From assembly GCA_044356455.1 (NCBI GenBank), contig JBIKWF010000038.1, forward strand, positions 1-34,805: a stretch of 34,805 nt of DNA, read 5' to 3'. The position numbers were made by a program, and so were the translations under genes. The notes below the pieces were generated by a model that made no database searches, had not been told where the DNA came from, and saw only the letters and a program-made list of their open reading frames with translations. Source of the stretch: Bdellovibrionota bacterium. GTDB taxonomy: Bacteria > Bdellovibrionota_C > UBA2361 > JBGSMV01. Below, piece by piece: positions 10,533 to 18,265 of this stretch (the stretch's first letter is position 1; every line of letters begins with the position of its first letter).

Positions 10533-11690
10533 ATGGACCAGTCTCCAAGGGAACAGCAGCCGCCACCAAATCCTCCTCACGAGCTCGCCATTCTTTTGCC
10601 GGAGATTCGGCGTATCGCCGCGAACCTAGAGATGCAGGCAGCGGCGCAAAAAGAGACTCATTCAGAACTACGTGGCTTTGTCAGAAATCTTCTTTTGCAT
10701 CTACAGGGCAAAGAAACATTTTACGAGATTGAAAAAGCGATTTTTGAGGCTCTCGCCCGATATCCCCGCATTGTGCAGAGCGCAGAAAGTTCCGAGCAAA
10801 GAGCGAGTATAGAATTCGCAAAGATGGTTTCAGCTTTTGTGCTTGCAACCTTTGCGGCGAGCCTGCCCAGTTCAGAGCCGTGCGAAAACACAGGCGTTTC
10901 TTTCGACGAGAGCCTTATTCGAACAGAGGAGCTGCTCCTCGCCACCATCAGTTCAGCTCTGGCCGAGGAGCCGGTCTCGGCGCCAAAGTCTGCGGTAAGC
11001 TCACGAAGCACCAGTAGCCACGAGCGTGAGTCTGCGCCTCAGGCCGCGCCGGGTTATCGAGGCAAATCGGATGCTGACGACTTCATGCAGCAAGTAGTTC
11101 GCGTAAAGGGCAAGAAGGTGCAGAGTCGAGGATTTCAGGCGACAGAAAAGCGAACTGTTTTTGGTTGGTGCGCCGCGCTTCCTCTGATAGTGGTCGGATC
11201 ATTGGAGAACATAGGATACAAGTGCCGGCGAATGTTCGCTTCGTCGCGGCTCGTGAACTCTGTTGTAATATCAGCCGTTCTTCTTAGCGCTTCTTTTATG
11301 CTTGGTTCTATTGGAGTCGCGCACTTTTGGAACAAGGGCGCGGCACGCGTTGCTCTACAGGTGCCACAAGAGAAGGAAGACTTGCGTCTCGCCCCAGAGG
11401 TGGTCATTCCAAAAGATTGGAGGGGCAACGTGCGTGCGTTAGAGACCCTGCATGGGTTTGGAGAGCATGGCAGAAATGTTGAGGTACTCATCGACGGGGA
11501 GCCAAGCGGCAGCGCCAGTATAGAGAGTGATTGGACCTGGAGCCTTAAGCTTGCGCGGCCCCTCCTCGCGGGAACCCACCGCATTCAAGTGACGTATGCG
11601 AAAGGTAGTGTGCTTAAAGATGCGAACGGATCGGGTCTGCCTTTCACGGAAAAAACGGTAACTGTTGTCACCTCAAATACACTCGAGTGA
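10533..11690 (+). CDS. hypothetical membrane-anchored protein with C-terminal bacterial Ig-like domain
   Basis: Hydrophobic segment (VVISAVLLSASFMLGSIGVA) followed by VEVLIDG...WTWS...LLAGTHRIQV Ig signature; ATG 10533 chosen, ORF open from 10476. Confidence 0.7.
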   Translation: MDQSPREQQPPPNPPHELAILLPEIRRIAANLEMQAAAQKETHSELRGFVRNLLLHLQGKETFYEIEKAIFEALARYPRIVQSAESSEQRASIEFAKMVSAFVLATFAASLPSSEPCENTGVSFDESLIRTEELLLATISSALAEEPVSAPKSAVSSRSTSSHERESAPQAAPGYRGKSDADDFMQQVVRVKGKKVQSRGFQATEKRTVFGWCAALPLIVVGSLENIGYKCRRMFASSRLVNSVVISAVLLSASFMLGSIGVAHFWNKGAARVALQVPQEKEDLRLAPEVVIPKDWRGNVRALETLHGFGEHGRNVEVLIDGEPSGSASIESDWTWSLKLARPLLAGTHRIQVTYAKGSVLKDANGSGLPFTEKTVTVVTSNTLE

Positions 11691-11866
11691 TGCACGCTAG
11701 ACGATCGATCTCCCTCGGATGACCTTGGCATCAGGGCCTAAGCTCATACATTTTTGATTGCAATTCGGTCAGCAACGCTGCTAGGCTCCGGAAAAATTTG
11801 GCCCAGTTGCGGAAAACTTGACGTTCTTCATGACACAAGTTCCTTCGCCTATCGCGAGAAGTAGTT

Positions 11867-13240
11867 ATGTCGCTCGATACTTTTGACGCCTCATTCCAGA
11901 AAGAATCCGGTGGTTTCATAGAAGATTGGAAGGCTCTTCTTAGAATTCCAAGCATAAGTGGAGATCCAAAGTTTAGCGATAGTTGTCTTACCGCCGCGCA
12001 TTGGTTGGTGGACAAACTCGAGGAGATGGGGCTGTCTGAATGCCACCTAATTGAAACCTCAGGCAAGCCGATTGTGCATGCCAAATTTATTAAATCGCCC
12101 TCAGCAAGAAATGTTCTTTTCTACGGCCATTACGACGTTCAACCAGCTCCCCTTGATTGGGTTCCAGGGAAGGAAAAATGGCAGAGTGACCCGTTTGAGC
12201 CGATCGAAAGAGATGGAAGAATAGTCGCTCGAGGTGCCCAAGATAATAAGGGGCAGCTCATGTATTTTCTTTCTGCCCTTAAGACCTCCATTCGCGAGGG
12301 AACAATTAACTGTAATGTTGAGCTCTATATCGAAGGCGAGGAAGAGTCTCACAGTGTTGGAATCGAGGCCGCCCTTCCCACGATTAAGCCGCGGGGGGAT
12401 GTGCTTATTGTCTGTGACACTGAAACGACCGAGCCTGGAACCGCAGGTATTACGCTAGGATTGCGTGGCCTTGTCGCGCTTGAGGTCTATCTCGGGGGTA
12501 TTAGTGGAGAGCTTCATTCGGGGAAGTTCGGTGGGGCAGCCCCAAATCCCATCACCGAATTATCGCGGATGATTGCGACGCTTCATAATTCCGACGGTTC
12601 AATTGCAGTTCCCAATTATTATGAAGGCGTGCCTGAATTTACTGAGGTCGAGAGGGCGGCGCTCGCGATATCTGCGCTAGATGAGCAAGCTTTCATAAAG
12701 CGCACAGGGGTTCCCCCGAGAGGAGGAGAACGATCCTATCCACCAGAAGCAAGAGTCGCGCTTCGACCCACGATAGAGCCGAACGGGATTCAGGGGGGCT
12801 GGAATGGAGAGGGCCCAAAAACGATAATTCCCATGGAAGCTTCTGTCAAAATAACTTCGAGGCTTGTGGGAACCCAAGATCCTGAGGCCTGCCTCGAGCG
12901 ACTTGTGCAACATCTAAAATCTGTCGCCCCCGAAGGGCTCACTCTTACGATTAAGGATCCAAGCGTGGGCGGTCCCGCGTTGCTTCTTGATGCAAAATCA
13001 GAACTTGTTCTTCTCGCCCAGGAAGTGTTGCAGGCTTCGACGGGTAAGCCCGCGCGTTTACTATGGAGTGGAGGCTCTATTCCGGTAGTTGCAAAGTTCG
13101 CGAGGATTGCAGGCGCTCAGCCGTTGCTTGTTGGGCATGGCCTTTCTGAGGATTTAATTCACGAGGCAAATGAGTCCTTTGCGCTTGAGCAATTTCGACT
13201 TGGCTATCTCAATATGTGTCGCCTGCTGCAGCGATTGTAG
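11867..13240 (+). CDS. M20 family (ArgE/DapE-like) metallo-dipeptidase/amidohydrolase
   Basis: YGHYDVQP, ARGAQDNKG, IEGEEES, LHSG.FGG, IHEANE metal-binding motifs. Confidence 0.95.
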   Translation: MSLDTFDASFQKESGGFIEDWKALLRIPSISGDPKFSDSCLTAAHWLVDKLEEMGLSECHLIETSGKPIVHAKFIKSPSARNVLFYGHYDVQPAPLDWVPGKEKWQSDPFEPIERDGRIVARGAQDNKGQLMYFLSALKTSIREGTINCNVELYIEGEEESHSVGIEAALPTIKPRGDVLIVCDTETTEPGTAGITLGLRGLVALEVYLGGISGELHSGKFGGAAPNPITELSRMIATLHNSDGSIAVPNYYEGVPEFTEVERAALAISALDEQAFIKRTGVPPRGGERSYPPEARVALRPTIEPNGIQGGWNGEGPKTIIPMEASVKITSRLVGTQDPEACLERLVQHLKSVAPEGLTLTIKDPSVGGPALLLDAKSELVLLAQEVLQASTGKPARLLWSGGSIPVVAKFARIAGAQPLLVGHGLSEDLIHEANESFALEQFRLGYLNMCRLLQRL

Positions 13241-13543
13241 TTCCGGCTACGAGAGTCGTCTTTCACCTACCAGCGCTGATGACGAGATTGGCGCGGTGAG
13301 CGATAACTTGACGGTCGAGGCGCGGATTGGGGTTTGCCGCCGAATTCTGGAACTGCTTGAAGTGAAGACTTCTGGGAGAACCGCCCAGAGAAAAAATTTC
13401 ACCCAACTGCTCTCATATGTTTCAACTGTTTAGTCTCCGTTTCCGGACTTTTCTGGGAAGCGTGGGTTAGCGTCTCAGAATGCGTTACTCTTCTACTATG
13501 CATCGGTCGGCACGTTCCTTCGTTAAATCGTTGGTAGTTTCAC

Positions 13544-14650
13544 ATGAATGAGTCGCTTTCTCACGTATCAGGGCATTCAGGGACAGGCCCGTCTCATCCA
13601 TCGGAATGCGAGGCAACTTCTCTTGCCGAGGTTCGCACGAGCGTCGAGGCTCGTCTCGCTCAGCTTAAGGAGGCTCTCTCTGGCCTCGTTCCAAAGTTTG
13701 GGAAAGACCTAACAAAGGATCCTGCGGCGAAATTGGCTCACGAATGGAGCGAGCGAGTATTTACCACCTACCGTGAGGCCTTTTCCCTTCGTCTCGATCA
13801 AGCAGAGCAGTTAGCCAACACCCCTTGGGATGTCGAGCCGCATCTTATGCTTGCTCCGACTTTGGACCTAATGCATGACAAGTACACCGCTCGGGCGCAA
13901 AAAGCCCGGAACAGCCTCGAAGATTTTAAGGAGTCCCTCGTTCAACTCTGGCAAGCCGCTCTCGCAGTGGGCCGACCGGCAGGTGCTACTTCTTCCTCTG
14001 CTGAAGTTCGAAAAATGGCACTCGAAAAAGCTACTGCTGATCTTGCGCCCGTTCAGAAAATCATTTCAGAGATACTTCCCCAAGTGCGCGCTTGCTACAA
14101 TCGGCGTGAGATTCAGCTTGTAGAAAGATTTGGACTCGGTTCCGAGCGTGAAGTGCTCAGGTATTTGAAAAGGCATATGTCGGCAGAGCAGCTGGTTTTT
14201 GAGGTGGCAAAGACCTTTGCTCAAAGCAAAAAGTTCACCTTGTCCTCAGAGGGTTCGACTGTTTTGGGAGCGGGTCTTACTCGTGCTGGGGGTAGTTCAC
14301 GAAGCGATGAGTCGTTAGGTGATTCGCAGGGATTTTCCAAGCGCGAACTTGGGGCCGATCTTGTGGAAAGACTTACCGCTCAGTTTAGCGAAGTTCTCAG
14401 TAAGATTGGGGTAGGGGAGACGCCCCTCTCGCAGCCTCAGCGCGCAGCCTTAGACCGGGCTTACCACCGCGGGCTTCTTGGGATTCAGACATTCGCTCTT
14501 GTCCTCGAGCCCCATCAGGAGCTCCTTATGCTATGGCAGGGCGAGTTTCTGCGCGCGGTATCTGACGCCTTTCTAGTTCTCGATGAATCGGTAAAGAAAC
14601 AAGTTGCCTCCGTTTTCGCTGCTCAAGCGCGGGCGCTTGGCGCGCTCTGA
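13544..14650 (+). CDS. hypothetical alpha-helical protein
   Basis: 368-aa ORF with helical/coiled composition; no motif recognised. Confidence 0.7.
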   Translation: MNESLSHVSGHSGTGPSHPSECEATSLAEVRTSVEARLAQLKEALSGLVPKFGKDLTKDPAAKLAHEWSERVFTTYREAFSLRLDQAEQLANTPWDVEPHLMLAPTLDLMHDKYTARAQKARNSLEDFKESLVQLWQAALAVGRPAGATSSSAEVRKMALEKATADLAPVQKIISEILPQVRACYNRREIQLVERFGLGSEREVLRYLKRHMSAEQLVFEVAKTFAQSKKFTLSSEGSTVLGAGLTRAGGSSRSDESLGDSQGFSKRELGADLVERLTAQFSEVLSKIGVGETPLSQPQRAALDRAYHRGLLGIQTFALVLEPHQELLMLWQGEFLRAVSDAFLVLDESVKKQVASVFAAQARALGAL

Positions 14651-14672
14651 CGCAATTCCTGCGGCACCTCAT

Positions 14673-14716
14673 CTTATTTGAGACTTATTTGAGCCTCTCG
14701 TGAGAATTGCGTGAGA
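14673..14716 (+). promoter_or_regulatory. four helically phased direct repeats (TGAG every 11 bp) upstream of flp
   Basis: CTTATTTGAG-A-CTTATTTGAG-C-CTCTCGTGAG-A-ATTGCGTGAG; TGAG begins at 14679, 14690, 14701 and 14712. Confidence 0.5.
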
Positions 14717-14822
14717 TCTTCTACCCATAATTCTCGCTAGTAACTGCGGCATTCTAAGGGATGTTTCCTTGAGTGCGGCGTAGCTACTAATTGGCAATTA
14801 GTGCAAAAAGAGAGGTTCTACT

Positions 14823-15035
14823 ATGGATACAAAGCCCAGCGGTTCCGCCCCGATATGTCTTCCAGCGCCTCAGGAACCAAAACCGAAGAAGCAGGAGAAA
14901 GGCGCAACGTTTGTTGAGTATATCTTGCTCGTCACGCTTATTGCGATCGCAGGGATTACGACCCTGCAGATTTTTGGGCAGACGATATCAGGGAAATTCT
15001 CTGATATTAACGCAACTATTCTGGCTACGAGTTAG
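14823..15035 (+). CDS. flp: Flp family type IVb/IVc (Tad) prepilin
   Basis: EKG|ATFVEY cleavage site and Flp EY motif, hydrophobic helix, C-terminal F; GAGAGG RBS. Confidence 0.93.
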   Translation: MDTKPSGSAPICLPAPQEPKPKKQEKGATFVEYILLVTLIAIAGITTLQIFGQTISGKFSDINATILATS

Positions 15036-15041
15036 TGGTGT

Positions 15042-15098
15042 GGCTCGCGGCAGGGGGGATTCGTAGGAGTTTCTTTGGTGCTAGCCGCGAGCCTTTTT
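15042..15098 (+). terminator. probable intrinsic terminator after flp
   Basis: GGCTCGCGGC...GCCGCGAGCC 10-bp perfect stem followed by TTTTT; long structured loop. Confidence 0.55.
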
Positions 15099-15122
15099 GG
15101 TGGAGGCTCAGGAGGTTTGTTT

Positions 15123-15843
15123 CGGCGCCCTGCCCATGGGCGTGGCATCTTGGTAGGGCGCCGCGTCCCTGCGGTGCCGCAAGATCTTCCGTTCTGGCAC
15201 GTGGCCTGTATTTGTCGATCTGGCGGATCTTGCGAACACGGCGACTCATGGATCTCCCCGCGGCGTTCGATTCGGCACGCCGGGGACGGCGCGCCCTACC
15301 CATGGGCCCGGCAGCTAGGTAGGGCGCCGCGTCCCCGCGGTGCCGCAAGATCTTCCGTCTTGGCACGTAGCCTGTATTTGTCGGCCGGGCCGATCCTGAG
15401 AACGCGACGACTCGGAACTCCCCGCAGCGTTCCATTCGGCACGCCGGGGACGGCGCGCCCTACCCATGGGCGTGGCATCTTGGTAGGGCGCCGCGTCCCT
15501 GCGGTGCCGCAAGATCTTCCGTTCTGGCACGTGGCCTGTATTTGTCGATCTGGCAGATCTTGCGAACACGGCGACTCATGGATCTCCCCGCGGCGTTCGA
15601 TTCGGCACGCCGGGGACGGCGCGCCCTACCCATGGGCGCGGCAGCTAGGTAGGGCGCCGCGTCCCCGCGGTGCCGCAAGATCTTCCGTTCTGGCACGTGG
15701 CCTGTATTTGTCGATCTGGCAGATCTTGCGAACACGGCGACTCATGGATCTCCCCGCGGCGTTCTATTCGGCACGCCGGGGACGGCGCGCCCTGCCCATG
15801 GGCGTGGCATCTTGGTAGGGCGCCGCGTCCCCGCGGTGCCGCA
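15123..15843 (+). repeat. BIME-like tandem array: four ~166-bp units of inverted GTAG REP pairs plus partial ends
   Basis: GGTAGGGCGCCGCGTCC starts at 15152, 15318, 15482, 15648 and 15814; each unit ends in CGGCACGCCGGGGACGGCGCGCCCT(A/G)CC; lies between convergent flp and recombinase genes. Confidence 0.95.
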
Positions 15844-15849
15844 ATTTTT

Positions 15850-16959
15850 CTAATCGTAGTCGAGTCCACGTCCTGGATTCTTGTCGACGCCGATTCTGCG
15901 TTTATCGTAGAGCTCCACCATTTGAATACTCGCGTGGCGCGAAAATTCTTGTACCTCTCTGTGCGCGATTCCCTCGGCAAGGAGCCGTGTGATTGCTGTC
16001 GCGCGCGCAGAGTGCGGAGAAAGGTGCGGGCCTGCTCCGGCGGCGGCGCAGCAGCGCTGGAAGAGTGAGTAAATCCCAGAAGGTGAGATAGGGGAGTTGG
16101 TGGAGATCTTTCCTCCTCTTCCTGTGTAGCTGATAAAGAGCCTGTCTCCTGGAGCGGCCCCTTCGGAGGCGCGCTGATTTACCAGTCTTACAAGTACGTC
16201 GGCTGCCCATTTGGGAAGTGCTTGCTGGGCATCTCTTTTGGCTTTTGTGGCCCTTAAGTAAAGAAACGTCGTTCCAGAAGGGGTCTTTTGAACGTCTCCA
16301 ACGCGTAGTCCTATAACTTCGCTGCGTCTTAGCGCGCCGCCAAAGAGCGCGCACATGATCGCTTTGTCGCGCAGGCCCTTGGGGTTTGATTCGTCTGAGT
16401 GCGCGATAACCTTTTTCACGAGCGTAAAATCGAGCATTTTTGTCGGTCTTTTTCGCCCTGAATCCTTAGGTGGCGGCGGGACTGTGTCGCTATCAAAGGG
16501 GTTCTTGGTGATGCCCAGGTCAGCGCCAATAAGCATGCGGTAAATACGCCTTAGGACGGCGAACTTTTTGGCTATCGTGGCATTTGACTGGGTCGCTTCA
16601 AGTCCTGTGCGCTTTTCGCGTTTGGCTCGTCTTGTGTCGACCGCGCGGACACTTGAGTTGCTTGAGGCCGCTCGCGGCGTTTCGCCCGGGCGCTTTTCAA
16701 GCACGGATTTGAAGGCTATGGCGTGCAGATCTTGCGCCTTGAGGATGCGTTCGGCTGCTTCGTTTGAGAGGTATGGCGCGCCGAGAAACTCGCAGTATTC
16801 GCGAAGAACTCCTGAGTAGGTCAGTTCGGTGTTTGGCGCCTTAAGCGAGAGAAAGGCCGCGATGCGGAGCCAGACCATGTGCCGGGATGGGGGCGGATCG
16901 CTCTTCGTCGATTCTCTTGGGAGGATGGCCGGGAGTTGATTGGGCTTTGGTCGTGGCAT
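15850..16959 (-). CDS. tyrosine recombinase/integrase (XerC/D-like)
   Basis: RD.AI...GALRRSE, TKAK, HSAR, SRHAS, ELY: catalytic R-K-H-R-H-Y set intact; start moved to ATG 16959 because the extension to 17082 runs through a repeat motif. Confidence 0.93.
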   Translation of the reverse strand: MPRPKPNQLPAILPRESTKSDPPPSRHMVWLRIAAFLSLKAPNTELTYSGVLREYCEFLGAPYLSNEAAERILKAQDLHAIAFKSVLEKRPGETPRAASSNSSVRAVDTRRAKREKRTGLEATQSNATIAKKFAVLRRIYRMLIGADLGITKNPFDSDTVPPPPKDSGRKRPTKMLDFTLVKKVIAHSDESNPKGLRDKAIMCALFGGALRRSEVIGLRVGDVQKTPSGTTFLYLRATKAKRDAQQALPKWAADVLVRLVNQRASEGAAPGDRLFISYTGRGGKISTNSPISPSGIYSLFQRCCAAAGAGPHLSPHSARATAITRLLAEGIAHREVQEFSRHASIQMVELYDKRRIGVDKNPGRGLDYD

Positions 16960-17086
16960 CGGGAGCTGCTCGGGAAAGTGAGAATTAACGCGAAGGGGAT
17001 TTCTCCATTCCTTCGCGATCTCTGCGTCCTTCGCGTTACTTCTTTGGCGCGTTCTGCGAAGCCCGCCCAGAGCCTTAAGCATAGCC

Positions 17087-17140
17087 CAACCCCCTCTTTT
17101 AGAAAATCAGTTTTCTATTTCTGGTTTTCTAAGGGTGGGG
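17087..17140. other. long imperfect inverted repeat (possible terminator of the 17203 gene or a protein-binding site)
   Basis: CCCCTCTTTTAGAAAATCAG-N10-CTGGTTTTCTAAGGGTGGGG. Confidence 0.45.
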
Positions 17141-17202
17141 GCGGGAGCTGGGGGCCGAAGCCGCCGCTTATGCTGTGGCTATTGAGGCCAGCTATGCAGC
17201 TC

Positions 17203-17937
17203 TTAGAAGGCGGTCTTCGATACCGTGGCTTCCCATACCTGCCTGCAGTCCACTACGGAGGTTCCTGGGCAGATAATGCGGTCCGTGCGGCGTATTACGG
17301 CGCTTGTTGAGGTTACCGAGGAGCCTGAGTAGGTCGTCTCGATAACTGGAGTTGAGCAAGATATTCCAGATACGGAGGTTGCTGTGTAGGCGCCCTTTAG
17401 GTCGAAGCTTGAGCCATCGGCATCGCCGAAGAATCTTTGTCCTGTTGGTGTTGGCGTGGCGAGTCCCGACGGTAGCGTGAGCGCGTGCTCGCCTTTGATT
17501 TCGGTAGAGCCGGCAGTGTGTAGGACCACGAGATCGAGGGATATTGCGGTCGCTTGCGTGAAGCCGCTAGCGGCGCAAGTGTCGCTTGCCGATACTCGCA
17601 ATAGCGGCGAGCTGTCTGAGGTTTCGTAGCGGCCTTGATAGCTTGAGACTGATGGGGTCGCTGTGGCGGTCGGAGTTGCCGTGGGCGTTGGGGCTATGAA
17701 TGCTGAGTACCCGTTTGCGATTGCATTCGCTCGGCGCTTAAATCGTCGAATCTCGTTTGGCATAAGGAATTGCCTGCTCGACTTTATCCCTATTACTCTA
17801 CTATTCGGTGAGCAGCCCCTGTTGCAGGTTTGTGCCTGCGCTTGATTTAGTCCTCCAAGGGCAGCTGCTGCGCAGAGCGTTAAGCTTGATGCCGCAATAG
17901 CTTTTGGAAAAGTCGCGAAAAGACGTGAGATTCGCAT
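17203..17937 (-). CDS. hypothetical secreted protein (basic Cys-pair N-module, short PT linker, Cys-containing beta domain)
   Basis: Signal peptide ending AQA; PTPTATPTAT linker; 244 aa. Confidence 0.75.
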   Translation of the reverse strand: MRISRLFATFPKAIAASSLTLCAAAALGGLNQAQAQTCNRGCSPNSRVIGIKSSRQFLMPNEIRRFKRRANAIANGYSAFIAPTPTATPTATATPSVSSYQGRYETSDSSPLLRVSASDTCAASGFTQATAISLDLVVLHTAGSTEIKGEHALTLPSGLATPTPTGQRFFGDADGSSFDLKGAYTATSVSGISCSTPVIETTYSGSSVTSTSAVIRRTDRIICPGTSVVDCRQVWEATVSKTAF

Positions 17938-18265
17938 AGCAAACCAACCTAAATGAAGGGCCGAATCAAATACGGTGAATTGCGGCCTAATCGTTAGTCG
18001 AAACGTCGTATGAGACGCGTCGGCATGCTAGCATACGAAATAAAGCCCGCCACGGGGGAAAATGCTCCCCTGCCCGCTCAAAAGTTCGCAAACGGCGTTT
18101 CTTTCGTTGCTGCGCAGTCATGTTAAGGGCCTGCCTGAAGGTTTGAAAGTTCGATTTATTGCGCCCTGAAATGCGCCGATATCCATCACTGCGGTGCCTT
18201 GATTGCTTTCTGAGTGAGTAGCGCTGCCGTAGAATGATGAGCCCTGGTACCAGTGACTCGAGGTT

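Noticed and set aside
14791..14806. sigma54 promoter before flp (TTGGCAATTAGTGCA)
   Set aside because: GG-to-GC spacing is 8 nt, not the required 10.
15025..15818. ORFs across the tandem array (e.g. 15075-15818, 247 aa) and ORFs at 6644-7129
   Set aside because: Translations of GC-rich repeat DNA; the unit length is not a multiple of 3, so the same peptides recur in different frames.
15123..15843. CRISPR array
   Set aside because: The sequences between palindromes are near-identical rather than unique spacers, the unit is ~166 bp, and no cas genes are present.
15850..16959. Integron integrase or prophage integrase
   Set aside because: No IntI-specific insertion between the catalytic boxes is evident, no attC cassette pattern was found, and no phage genes or tRNA attachment site are nearby.
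16960..17082. N-terminal extension of the recombinase ORF
   Set aside because: It runs through the 9-nt periodic repeat (NAKDAEIAK); the downstream ATG at 16959 is more plausible.
18191..18207. sigma54 promoter before the GNAT-HDAC gene (CGGTGCCTTGATTGCT)
   Set aside because: Spacing is correct but the -24 element matches TGGCAC poorly; too weak to call.
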